Part shown: positions 1 through 11,408 of the stretch, one piece after another
Layout: each line of letters starts with the position of its first letter
How positions within the stretch are numbered: the first letter of the stretch is position 1
Made by a program: the position numbers and the translations under genes
From: Raillietiella orientalis
Lineage: Eukaryota
NCBI GenBank assembly: GCA_036172245.1
Contig: JAYWIR010000007.1
Coordinates: 2,666,001 to 2,730,000, forward strand
Direction of reading: 5' to 3'
Length of the DNA: 64,000 nucleotides
The notes under the pieces: model-generated
What the model was told of the DNA's origin: nothing
Databases searched by the model: none
Seen by the model: only the letters and a program-made list of their open reading frames with translations

Positions 1-159
1 TTTTCATCTGCTTCTGCTCGCATCATCTTTTAAGATCGTTTTGTGGACCGAAATTTGAACGAAAGCCCATCATTCTAGATCCACGAGCGTACCCAATGCG
101 CAGATCACGTGCCACGTACGCGCCACCACCGCCCAGACTAGAGTGAGACGGTGCGTCGC

Positions 160-545
160 TCTACCAAATGGGGGTGTTAAGCCTTGAGGGCTTAACGTCT
201 TTCCAGCAATGTGGAAATGATGCGCATTCATGCAGCACTTGCGTATTCTCGTTCGCGTGATTATCCGTACATGCAAGCCGAACTGCACAGTATTATCGCA
301 TGCCCCGATCACCGCCACGAGCGCTATCGTCAGCATCATGACATGATATGGTCAAGGCGTGCTCCTCCCCAAAAGTGTGTGCCTTTCGAGAAGTCGTTGC
401 CTCGGAAATTCCTGCAAACAACACTTGTCTTCTCCTTCCGAAAGCACCAAGAGCCACCTCCAGAGGAGGTGACACGGTGAAAGCACAGGTCGGACCGTGT
501 GTTTTCATAGACGCGAAGCACACATTTGAAGCGAGCATCTCTTGA
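160..545 (+). mobile_element. Decayed RLE-type (R2/NeSL/R4-like) non-LTR retrotransposon C-terminal fragment
   Basis: MRIHA (cf. LRINA), then SRSRDYPYMQAELHSIIACP, two point changes from C-x2-C-x9-H-x4-C, then RYRQHHDMI (RHD motif). After a frameshift, FREVV...GDTV...CVFIDAKHTFE resembles the E...PD...D...FE nuclease pattern. Confidence 0.45.
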
Positions 546-3500
546 CCTGGGGGAATCACCCACAGCCGCCGTGTGTTAGCCGATGACGAGAGCATCAGGA
601 GCTCGCTGAGGAACCCGGGAGTTCCCGTGGAGACACGAGTGAGAACAAAGGGAAGAGCACTTCTTTTTCCTGCAAAAGGAAAAATGCGCATGAAGAGGAG
701 GAGGCTTCGCTCGTATGGTGAAGTGCTAGCTCATCATTGTCCAGGTGGATTCTTCGCCTTCAGGGGCTTCATGTCGAAGAGTTCCAAAACGGTTCGCGGA
801 TGCAAGGAACCGTTTCGGAAAACCAAAACAAAACAAAAAAAAAAAAAGGAGGAGAAAGAAGAGTGGATGCAGAAGGTAGGTGGAGCTTTTTTTCTTGGAC
901 AGTGTCCCGGACTACGGCTACTGGCGTTCATGCGCCAGGGAATCTGCTGCTGACCCCTAAGAAGCAGACCTTTCAGCAGCTGATTGTCGTTCTTCGAGGA
1001 AAAGAACGTTTCCTACCACAGCGAGGGCAGCGGATGACTACGCCATCCCCAGGGGTGAAGGGCAGCTACATACATGCCCGAAAGCAGTGAAGAAGGGCCT
1101 GCATCGAGTGCTGAGAAAGATCAGAAGCCTTGACGGATTCTTCACCATTGTGAGCAGTCGGGAGCTCCCGCGACCCCAAAATCGCCACATAGCTTTTGCA
1201 TCTTCCCATTCCTTTGAGCTTTGTGCCTTTATTTTTTCCCTATTTCGGAAAGTGAGTCCCTTCACGTAGTCATCGTTTTTGGCGCTTCTTTTCCCCGAAC
1301 TTTCGAAAAAGTCGACGTGGAAGAGGAGGAAACTACTCTGGGATTCTAACCGTAAGCTGCCTTCTCGCTGAGTGACCTACCCCCTCTTCCTTTCCCCCCT
1401 TTCTTCCCCCCTCTACCAGTCGCAACCTCTGGAAGGGGGTGCCGAGCTGCAAGGAGCGAGTGAGAGGCCACAGTCGCGCGGGCACGCATCCGCCTCCACC
1501 CTATACACGGTCTCGGCCCTCCCTGAGCCACCTGGTGGGTGCTCCCGGAAGTCCGAACACGCGAGAACCTCCCCTGCCGTTTCAACTCCCGAACCTGCTT
1601 TCCGGAGGAGGACCTCCGCAGATGGCCGCCCGGAGACCTTCCGAGGGGCGAGCGCCGCGGTAGACTGTTGGGCCTCCTCTCTTCAGCTCCCGGTCGCCCC
1701 CGGTCCAGCAACAGCTACAAGGCGGGCACGTGAGCGACCTTTCCTCTCAGGGAGCGGCTTACGTTCAAGAGAATTCGCGCCTCCTCCACTGCTCTCCTCC
1801 CGCTCTGCGATCGCCGCATCCGCGTCTCGTCTTGGGCTCAGTTCCCCTTCCCCTCCCTCTCCTCAGGGACTCGGGGAAGGAACCTCCCGGAGCACCGCGA
1901 CGTGCTTATTGCGGCACTCCTGAAGGAACCCAGCATCCGCAGACAAGGGAGAGAGTCCCGCTCATCCCTGATTTGCTTCAAAGGCCTCTTGGCGGGATGC
2001 CGAGGAAGCGAATCCCTTCGACGACCGGGACTCTGGTTTCTGAGGGGACGAACAAGCGGCCCAGGGAAGGACTCATGTGAAGGAGAAGCGGAAGAAGACC
2101 TTCCCGTTTGAAAATCCCCATCAAGAATCGCGGGAGGACCCTGACCACCCTCTCATGAGTCGCGCAATGGCGGTTCAGTGGTCAGCAGGGGACACTTTCG
2201 TGGACGCACGTCCCGGATGGCGGGTTCATCCTGACGGACGAGCAGGATTCCTCGGCGAAGACCGACGTCTCCCTAGCCTGAGGGGAGCAGAACAGAGATA
2301 GTCCGTCCTTTCCTTCCTTTTAGCTTGGGGGACTGTCCCTCAGGCACTGGCATGTCAGATCCGCTCCCATACTCATGCACATAAGGAAAGGGGGGGATGG
2401 GAAAGAAAGGAAGGGACCGAGAAGCCTTCCCTGCCATCTGCAAGAAGGCCGCTGTTTCCGAGGAGAGGATCCTCGGAAAGGCGGTCCTTCTGACCCACCC
2501 TATTCCTCCTCCTCTTCCGAGAGGTCAAGAGGGAGGGGAAGGTTGCTCAGCATCCACCTCAGCGGCTGCCCCAGATTGGGGTGCGCTCTCACTCAGGTGT
2601 CGTTTGGAAGGAAGGGAGCACTGGAACGTTCCGGTTGCCGCGGCAACCGGAATGTTCTCCAGCGCAGGCAGGGCATGGGGGAAGACAGGGTCCCACGGAG
2701 TGACCAGGAAGGGATGGTGGGGAGCGCGCGTTTTCGTGCGCGAACGGCTTCTGCGGAGGGAGGAGACCTCGCCACTCGAGGCTCGGAGGCAGTTGCCGCG
2801 GCAAGGAGGCTCCGGAGGGTCACGAGCCGCATGCTTCTTCCTCTTGAGACGCGGACCAGCGCCAAGGAAGGGAGTGAGTGGGAGATGGGGAGGGATCCCT
2901 TCCCATTTTCCCGGGAGAGCCGCCTTTCTCTCTTGCGCTCGCCCTTCCTTGGAATCGCGAAAGAGCAGACAGCACAGCCCCCGGTTGCGTACGAAGGAGC
3001 GACCGGAGAGGAGAATCTCCTCGTGGACGTCCCTGCTTCCTCCTCCTCCTTCGCTTTCCTGGTTCCGGCAGGCAGACCGGTCCGCTGCTGCTCCCCTCCC
3101 CCATGCGGAGGCACTACGCCCGCCACCCCTCTCCTCCCGCCTCTCTGCTCCTCCCCCTCCTCGTGGCCACCCAGTTGCACCCGCATTCCAGCCCCGAGCG
3201 CCGCTCAGCGTAATTAATCTGTTCGTTTGGATACCGGGAATTGAAGAATTCATCTTAAATCTCCCTGTCCTTCCTCCTCCTTTTTCACTTCCACGGAAAA
3301 AAAAAAAAAATCCTTCGAACGTTGCCCGGGAAACGGCGGTGGCGTCGAACGGAAAGCAGAAGCGAACCGAACGAGGGAGGTAGAGGGAGAGGACGGGGTG
3401 GGTGTGGAGACGAAGGAAGGGGAAGAAGGGAGGGGAAGAGCAGCGCGCGATTCCTCCCTTCCTGCGAAATTCGGGAAAGCTCGCAGCGGGGCCAAATTTC

Positions 3501-4959
3501 ACGCTTCTCCTGGGAAACCTGCTGCAGTTGCCGATCGTAAATCTCGTTGATTTGATCTCTCAGGACCGTGGACGCAACCCATTGTTCCGGCTCCTTCCCC
3601 TCCCCTCCTCCTCCCCCCCCCCCTTCTTTTCTTTTCTTTCCTTCTTCCTCTCCCCCTCCTTCCCCTCGCTTAGCAGCCACGCCTTCCAGTACGGGATTCC
3701 TTCTTTTCTCGCTGCTACTGCGGAGGCGGCAGTGCCACTCCAGGCCGATCCCCAGGCTCGAGTCGGCGATCCCAAGCCTCTTCGCGGGGGAAGGGAGGCA
3801 CAGAGAGCGGAAGAGATCACCCGAGAGAGTCTCTAGAGAACCCCCCCCTTTTCCCTTTTCACCCTTCTCTTCCTTCTTTCCTCCCCCTCCTTCCCCCTCC
3901 AGCCTTCTCTTTTTTTGCGCGTTTGTTCCGAAGTGCGTTCGTTCCCTCTGCCGGCACGCCCTCACCTTCGGCACCCTTCCTCCGCCTCGTTCCCGCGCAC
4001 CGCCGCCTACGACCGCTCGATTCCCCCCCCCCCCTCCCTCTTTCCCTCCCTCTGGAGAGATTTCCCGGACCTCTGGCAGAGTCGTGGCGCTCGCGTTCTG
4101 GACAAGGGGAAGGAACGACGAAGGTGTGGAGAGGAGGAGGAGCGCAGCGGGCATGAGTCTCATCTTCGGCGGAAGAGGGGAGCGCTCGACGGGACAGATC
4201 GCAGGGAGGACGATCGGCCGCCGGGCTGTTATCTCTAATGCGGAAGCAGCAGCCGTCACCAGCCGGAGGGGGTGGGCGGGGATGGTCGAAGCACAGCGGT
4301 GGAGACCCCGAATCAGCACGGCGGAGGCGGAGAGGCGCCGACCGCGGTTCCAACGAAGAGGCAACGCTCCGTAACGAGGCTGCAGCCTCCAGACACCCAT
4401 CTCCCTCCCCGAGTGTGGGAGCCACCGATGCGCGCGCTAAGCGGGGTAGCGTAGCGGGAAGTTCCTGCGGGGCGGGCGGGGACACTGTCCTCCCGGCCTC
4501 GCCCCTCGTCCTCGCCCTCTCCCGGTGGACAAGGCGGACCGGGAAGAAAGAGGAGCGCAAACTTCCGCGCCATCCGAGGAGGACGACAGCTCAGAAGCCT
4601 CCAAGGGATAACTTCTTCCGGATGCGGACCCGGCAGCAGAGATAAGAACCTCCGCCGTCCAGTTTGGTGCCGGAGGAAAGGCTGCGTGACGCAACTTCCT
4701 CCAGAGGCGGCGGTGCTACTGCTCTCGCCGGGCGACCTCTCTCATCCTGCCCGTCGGCTCCCCGTGCGAACCGCGCCATGCAGAACCAAGCGGGCGCGTG
4801 CGTGGGGCGCGGCTGCCGCCGGCCTCCCGTAGCTCCCTGCCCTCCGAGGTAGGCACCCTGCTGGGAAAGAGAATGTCTCCCGGGAAACGAGAAGGAAAGC
4901 GCGAAAGGTGTGGCGGGAGGGAAACAGAGACGGCTCCTGGCGGGAAGCTGTATTTTTTT

Positions 4960-4970
4960 TTTATTTTATT
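4960..4970 (-). terminator. Candidate polyadenylation signal of Wnt10 (two overlapping AATAAA)
   Basis: Plus strand TTTATTTTATT reads AATAAAATAAA on minus, about 210 nt after the Wnt10 stop, in otherwise GC-rich DNA. Confidence 0.55.
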
Positions 4971-5180
4971 CCTCCAAACGTTTTGTTCCACTGTCGCGGG
5001 CGACCTGCGCGCCACGCGGCGGGCGGCGGTGGCTTCAGTAGCAACCAGCATGCCCTCCTCACCCGGGACAATAAATAGAGCCTCGTAGCGTGGGCCCGTG
5101 GGTGGGGTGGGTGGGTGGGTAGGTGGACGTGCGTGTCCTCGTTGTCCTCCTCGTCGTACTCTTCGCTGCCCGCGACACGC

Positions 5181-5672
5181 TCACTTGCACACCGTGATCC
5201 ACTCTTCGGTCAAGCACGTGTCGCAGACCACCTGGCAGCACCAGTGGAACCGGCAGCCACACCTCTCGTGCCTCATCTGCCTGGTCACGCTGTACCCCCT
5301 CCCGCAGCACATGGAGGAGCAGCTGTCGCTGTCATGTCCCGTCCTGTTGCATACCCTCCCCGTGGTCCCTGGGGAGTTGATCAGGGGGTTGGGATCGCAG
5401 TAGTTGGGGGACTTCTCGTAGTACACAAGCTCTTTGTCCTTGGGCCTGCCGCTGCGGTGGCCAGAGGAGTGGCCGGAGGCGCCCCTCCTCGAAAGGAAGT
5501 GCTGCTCTCGCGAGTTGTTGATGGGGTCGATCATCTTCGCCCAGTAGTACTTCTTCTTCAGGTAGTTGCCGATCTTGTGGAACGCAGGCACGGACTTCCA
5601 GCAAGTCTTCATCTCGCAGCTTCCGGACATGCCGTGGCACTTGCAGCGCACCGAGGAGGTCTTGATGACGGC
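5181..5672 (-). CDS. Wnt10: Wnt10 coding exon 4 (terminal)
   Basis: TCTTGCAG acceptor; RCKCHGMSGSCEMKTCWKS...LVYYEKSPNYC...GRVCNRT...MCCGRGY...CRFHWCCQVVCDTCLTEEWITVCK-stop. The C-terminal EWxxVCK is characteristic of Wnt10; 492 nt. Confidence 0.95.
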   Translation of the reverse strand, partial: AVIKTSSVRCKCHGMSGSCEMKTCWKSVPAFHKIGNYLKKKYYWAKMIDPINNSREQHFLSRRGASGHSSGHRSGRPKDKELVYYEKSPNYCDPNPLINSPGTTGRVCNRTGHDSDSCSSMCCGRGYSVTRQMRHERCGCRFHWCCQVVCDTCLTEEWITVCK

Positions 5673-6300
5673 CTGCAAGACGAAGGGGGAGAGAAGAGCC
5701 GTGAGGGAGGTTTCCCTGGGGATCCGGGAGGAGAAGAGCTCTTCTCCCGACACCTTTTTCCTCTTCCCCGGTGAGAAGGCGGTCACGGCCCGAGGCCGCA
5801 GGCCATGACCCTTCCTCCTCCGTAGAAGCAACGAACGAGGGGGGCGCCCCGCCGCCTCCGCGTGGGGGGTTGTGCGCACCCCTGCCCGGCGCGATCGTTC
5901 GGCGGCGGTCGCGCCCAGCGGAGGTGCGCGTCTCGCCCTGCCCGACGTGTTTACTGCGAGGAGATTAATTGCGCCGCCTAGGTAACGAATGACGTCCTCT
6001 CTCCGCGCTTCGAAGATCAATTACTATTCCTCCGTTAACTGATGGATCCGATCTTCTCACGTTGGTCGCCACCGTGGATCGCGCGCGAGGAGTTCCCAAG
6101 GCGACGGGGGTCTTTTAATTAAGGGAACCTCCCAAGAGACAAGCCGCTGGACGGGGAGCTTCGCTGGAAGGCGGCGGAGACAGCGACGGTTCGGCTTTCT
6201 TCCGGCTCCTGGGGAGCGAGGGAGGAGGAGGTGGAAGGAAGCGGAAGTGAACGCATCGCCGACCGTTCGTCGTCGTCTCTCTTCGCCCGCGGGGGAAGAC

Positions 6301-6327
6301 GCCGCCGCCGCCGCCGCCGCCGCCGCC
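6301..6327. repeat. (GCC)9 microsatellite in Wnt10 intron 3
   Basis: Direct reading. Confidence 0.95.
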
Positions 6328-7503
6328 CCCGGGAAAAAAGGTCGCTCTTCGCCGCCAGGCTCAATCCCACAACTCCTGGTCCTGGACCCTCCGTCTCCTT
6401 TCCTCCCGCCTTCCCTCAGGAAGGACCCTCTCGGCCGTTCCGAACGGTCTGGAAGTGATAGGGACCGGGGATGGACCTCTTCGCCGGAGAATCAGCGTCA
6501 AGCAGTTCCTGCCCGGTCCTCGGGAAGGCAGAGGGCAGGGAGAGGCCCATGCGTCCAATGAGGAGAGGAAAGGGAAAAGGAAGGAAAGACAAGAAGGGCA
6601 GAGAGGAGATGAGAAAATACGAGAGAAGCAATGAAGACGACAAGGAGGTGCAAAGGAAGAGGGATGAAGGGCGAAGGAAGGAGGAGGGAATGGAAGGGGA
6701 GGAGCCCTCTCGGTCGGTGGCGAACGGCGACTGCTGCACCGCCCTCGGTGTCGGCAGCTGCGGCCCCTCCTGCACGCGGGCGGGCGGCGGCGGCTGTGAG
6801 GGTGCCGGCGATGCCTCGGGACAGAAGCCTTCCATGCGGACATCCTAAGAGCCTGCAGTTTGTGCGCCGCCCTGAAAAGGGGGAGCCTGACTGCACATGG
6901 GTCCTGAACCGTCGGCGGGACGCGAGGGAGAAAGCCATCTCTCGTGGCGGTGGCAGCTTCCCTGACATGCGTGGATGCGCGCGCGCGGACGGACGCTGCT
7001 GCCGCCGCCGGCTGCTGCTGGAAGTGTCGGGCGAACGGATCCGGGAGCAGGCACACCCGCTCCCTTTGTTCTCCTCGTGGAAGGAGGGCCTCAGCGGAAG
7101 GGAAGGAAGGAATCCGGGAAAACGACCGTCCTTTTCGAAAGGCAGTGGGGATGTGCTGGCAATGGGGAGCTTCCTTTTTTTTCGCTTTCGCCGCTGCTTG
7201 CCTTTCCTTTCCTCTTTTTTTTTCTTTTTTTTTGAACTCGGCTCTTTCGCGCACGCGCAGACCGAGGGACGGTCATGCAAAAAGAGAGGGTCTGCTCTGC
7301 AGCATCTTCGACGGGGAGGACGCTTTGGGGGATCTTCGCGCGTTTTTCTCCCCTCCCCGAGGCAGACCGTGCCGAGTTTTTCTTCCCTTTCAACGAGTCA
7401 CGAGGGAAGCAGGGGGGGGGGGGGGGAATAGTTCTCGAAACCGGAAAAGGACTTCACGCGAACGGAGGGAAGGGAAGACCTCGCCCTGTGCGGGGGGACT
7501 CAC

Positions 7504-7778
7504 CAGCCTGCCAGCCTTGTTGTTGTGCAGCTTGGAGACGGAGTAGAAGTCGTTTCCATTCTCCAGGGAGTCCAGAAAGGACTTGGCGAACTTCGCGGAG
7601 AAGCGAATGTAGTCGTAGCAGCCGTCCCAGTGCCAGGCCTCGCTGGCGCCGAGCCCGCCGGCGCCGGAGCGCTCATGGCAGCCGCAGTTCCTCGCCTTGC
7701 TCAGGGTGCATGCCTTGGCCACGCCGTACTGGACGCCCGCGGCTGTGATGGCGGACGCGAACGCCGACTCCTTGTAAC
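7504..7778 (-). CDS. Wnt10: Wnt10 coding exon 3
   Basis: CCCAG acceptor; GYKESAFASAITAAGVQYGVAKAC...CGC...WHWDGCYDYIRFSAKFAKSFLDSLE...LHNNKAGRL; donor GTGAGT, phase 0; 275 nt. Confidence 0.95.
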
Positions 7779-10108
7779 CTGGGACGGGTGGAGAGCTCTC
7801 AGATGCTGCGCAGAGAGGACATCTACCGGTGTGTCAGGAGGGAAGGAGAGAAGTGCAGGGAGAGCAAGAGTTGACTGGGGGTGGGGGGGACAGGGAAAAA
7901 AGAGGACCGAAAGGAAAGGAAGAAAAACGCGCGGGTGGAGGAAATGGTGGCGTCAAAGTGGGTCAGGAAGGATGTGTTCTGGGGAACGAACGAGAACAAG
8001 AACGTTCCCGAAACTCCAGTGGAGTGGGGCCTTCATCCCCTGTACAGGAGGAGGAGAAGGAGGAGAAGGAGGACGAAGGGATGAGATGATGCTGATAACG
8101 ATGACGATGAGGCGGAAGAGGAACAGGACGCACTTTATTCCCCTTCATGGGTCAGCAGCCTCGAGGGGAAGAGTTGGTGAGTTGGTGGCGACAGCTACCC
8201 GATACGAGAGGGATCGACCATTCGCTTATATGACGGGGGGTGGGGACCACACCGGTGGATGCGGGGCGGTGGGTGTGGGAAAGAGGAGGATGCTCCGGAG
8301 ACAAGCAGAGAGACGATAAGGGGCTGCTGGATGCTGCCCTTCTCCTTCACGAGGTTCGCGCCTCGGGTGAGAGCAGGGGTGGTGTCCGAGGAGCCGCGAG
8401 GGCGCTCTTCGAAAGCTCCTTCGCTACCCGCAGCCCCCCGGCGAAGGTCTCCGCCGTCGTCGTAGCTCCCCTGCGACGACGACGAAGACGTCCCAGCCCG
8501 CGGTCCTCACCGGAGGCGCCCGCGACTCCACAGGAGCCGTCAATCAACTAGGGCGCTCGCACCTCGCCGGTCCATCATCCCCCTCCGCGCTGGGGGCGTC
8601 GTCGGCGCTCCGGGAAGGGGGAAGCGGGAGAGAGAAGGGGTAGTCAGCGGCGAAGCGACCCACACCCACAGCCACCCCATCGCCTGCGAGGGCGTGGGTG
8701 GGCGGCCGGCGGCGTTTTCGACGGCGGCAGGGGTGGCGACGCCGATTGAGACGTCCGACCGCGGCGTCCGTTCCCCCGCGTTCCCCGCCCCCTGCTTTTC
8801 TTCTTCCCCTTCGAGAGCGCCCATTCCCTCACCCCGCCCGCCCGCGCGGGCGGTCGGCTCGCGTTCTCCGGGACGGGTTGTCCTTTGTGCCCGCGCGCGC
8901 ACCCCGCATTGTGCGCGCCTTCCGGGGTACCCCATTCAGGGCGCGTCCGCGACTCCGCTCGCAACCGGCCGAGCCGGAACGAATCGGCTATGCGGAGGGA
9001 CGCAGCGTGACCCAGCGCTGCTGACCACCCCTGCGCGCCCTGCCGCTAGGCAGGCGGAGCCTCCCGGCGGCGACGGGCTGCAGGGGAGAAGGGGCGCGCG
9101 TACGCTCGGCGCAAAAGAAACACATCTCTTTCTCCCTCTTCGCTCCATCGCCGCCAGGAGGAAGACGAGGAGGAGAGGGTGTCGAGGGATAATCAGGAGC
9201 TATATGAGGTGTGTGAGCCCCTCCCTCTGCCCGGATGCAGGACCACCCCAAGGGAGGAAAGAGAGATCCGCGGAGGTCACCATTGCGCCTCCCACCCCCT
9301 CCCCTCCCCCCAGAAAAAGGGCCGTGTTCCTAGGGCCTCGAGGTCCGATGCCCCTCCTGAGGGCTTCGGCTTAGGGGAGGGACTCGTGTTGCCAGCAAAG
9401 ACGCTCCTTCCGGCGTCCTTCCGCTCCGCATCGTCGATTTAAGCGCACAAAGGGTGAGGCCCCGGGAAAGGGGCAGCAGGAAAAGGGGTAGAGGGGGAAA
9501 GTGGGTCCCTCCTGATCCCTTTCTCATGCAACCCTTGCAATGCGAGCGGATACATCGGCCTCCTCTTACGAAGAGAAGGGAGGGAAGGAAAGTGAAAAGC
9601 CTGTTCCTGAAACAGACCGGGATCTTTGGGAGGAGAATCCTCAGAAAGGATAGGAGTCCTGAAGGTGAGCCGGGACAAGATGCCGCCATCCGACCCCACA
9701 GACTGCGGTGGAGGGTCCTCTTCAGTCGAAGGAGACCACGTTCGGGAACCTCCGAATTCCGGAGGTGAAAGAAGTAGGGAGAAGAGGGAAGGGATGAGAT
9801 GACTCCGCGACCTGGACGACGGGAGTCTAATGGAAGGCCGAGGGGAGATTCAGAAGAGAGACCCAGTGAGGTCCAGGCCACGTACCACGTGTCACAAGAG
9901 CCCAGGAGCTCTCTCGCGTGGGAAGAGACCTCGGCGCGCTCCCTGCCCCTTTCCTCATCTCCTGAGATTCCCCGGTCCCCTCCCTCGGTCGCAAAACGAA
10001 GGACAAGGTCCTCTCGAGGTTCCTTTTCCCACTGGGGTGCAGAAACGACAGGAGAGGAGGGACAGAGAAACGACAGGAAGGAAGTGCTCCGCCTTACGCG
10101 CTCCTCAC

Positions 10109-10506
10109 CTTTTCTCAGGATGGCGCTGCTGTGGATGCTCCGGTTCTCCGGCTCCAGCGACGAGCAGTTCCATCGGTTCTTCTGGAATTGCAGTTGGCAC
10201 TCGTGGGCGGCCAGGCGGATGCCTTCCTGAGCCGCCTCCACCAGGTCCGGATGCCGGTGGCACAGCTCCCGCTGCTCCCTGCTGAGCCCGGGGAAAGTGC
10301 TGCAGAGGGAGCGGGCGTTGCCGCTGAGGTCGGCGGCCGGCTTCGACCGCGTAGGCAGCGAAGAAGGAGGGGGAGGTGGAGGGAGAGGGGGCGGGGGCAA
10401 ACCCGGGAGAGTGCCGAACCTTCGGGGCAGGGCTGAGCCCCCAAACACGTCCGGAGGCTCGAATGAAGCGTGGATACGGCGACTCCACCTGCGGTCCCTG
10501 GACACG
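10109..10506 (-). CDS. Wnt10: Wnt10 coding exon 2
   Basis: Acceptor TCTCTCTCTCCGTTTCAG. Pro-rich extension, then LCSTFPGLSREQRELCHRHPDL...AAHECQLQFQKNRWNCSSLE...HSSAILRKG (Wnt10-type). Donor G|GTGAGG, phase 1; 398 nt. Confidence 0.92.
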
Positions 10507-11328
10507 CTGAAACGGAGAGAGAGATGAGCTGCAGATGTCATGCGGACCCCAAGGGAGCAGTGGAGGGAAAGGAGTGGAAAGTCAGCTGCATACTCGGGTC
10601 GTTGTTAGGGTTACAGGAGACGCGAGAAAAAACCTTCTATGAGGCTGTGACCGGAAACGAGAGGAAGAGGTTTGCATCCTCTTGCCCCCCGTAAAGGGTA
10701 TAAGAAGACGAATCATTCCTTATCCCTGTCTCGGCATCCCTCAGAGACCCTCAAGCCAGAAATTCCCGGGGGAAATCTGCGAGAGACGTCCAGACCGCGT
10801 TCTGGGACATCTGAACTCCTCTCACTGGGTTTCTTCAGGAGTTTTCTGGCCTCCTGTTCGCAATCCCTGCCCACTCCCCTTTTCCATCCCATGACCCGGC
10901 GGCTGTGTTCTTCTAAGACCGAAGGCAGAAAGGATACGGATCCAAGGTCTTCCCATGGGAACGCGTCGCTCCCAGAAACACACTCCAACCCTGGACAGGG
11001 CATCTCGGGAGTGGAAGCTTCCGGGCTGTCCGGTGACTCGTGAGATGGGAGGAAACCGTTCCTACGCCGATCGATTTCAGGATGAGGGGACCGGGACTGG
11101 GATGCGGAAGCGAGAATGATGAGAACGAGAGGGTTTCCTCAAGGGCGATCCTCTCTTGGGAGGACAACCCTCGTGTTTCTAGGGCACCGCGAGGATCAGG
11201 GAGCAACAACCACGATCTCTTACTGCGGGGAGGGAAGCACCGCTGTTGGTCGAGGGCCATAAAGGGGAACGACAGAGGCGGCGCCGGCGAAACCAAAGCC
11301 ACAACCACCACTCGCATACTCTGCCCAC

Positions 11329-11408
11329 CTGGCCAGGCACGCCGTGGCGAGGAGTACCAAGAGCAGAGGACGCTTTCCGTGGTCCTGGGAGTCCAGAAAC
11401 AGCATCAT
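11329..11408 (-). CDS. Wnt10: Wnt10 probable coding exon 1 (signal peptide), MMLFLDSQDHGKRPLLLVLLATACLA(S)
   Basis: ATGATG at 11408/11405, basic KR followed by hydrophobic PLLLVLLATACLA. Phase-2 donor AG|GTGGGC fits exon 2; an alternative in-frame donor GA|GTATGC would end the exon at 11320. Confidence 0.7.

Noticed and set aside
176..196. GTTAAGCC-TTGAG-GGCTTAAC hairpin resembling a terminator or Helitron end
   Set aside because: Eukaryotic context, only 8 bp, no following CTRR; expected by chance.
2375..4400. Several long overlapping ORFs (280-371 aa)
   Set aside because: Arg/Gly/Pro/Ser-rich low-complexity translations open in many frames on both strands; typical of GC-rich non-coding DNA.
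9830..10870. Weak inverted similarity flanking Wnt10 exon 2 (ACCCAGTGAG and TCTCTCGC blocks)
   Set aside because: Identity too low for a stable duplex; at most old copies of a repeat.
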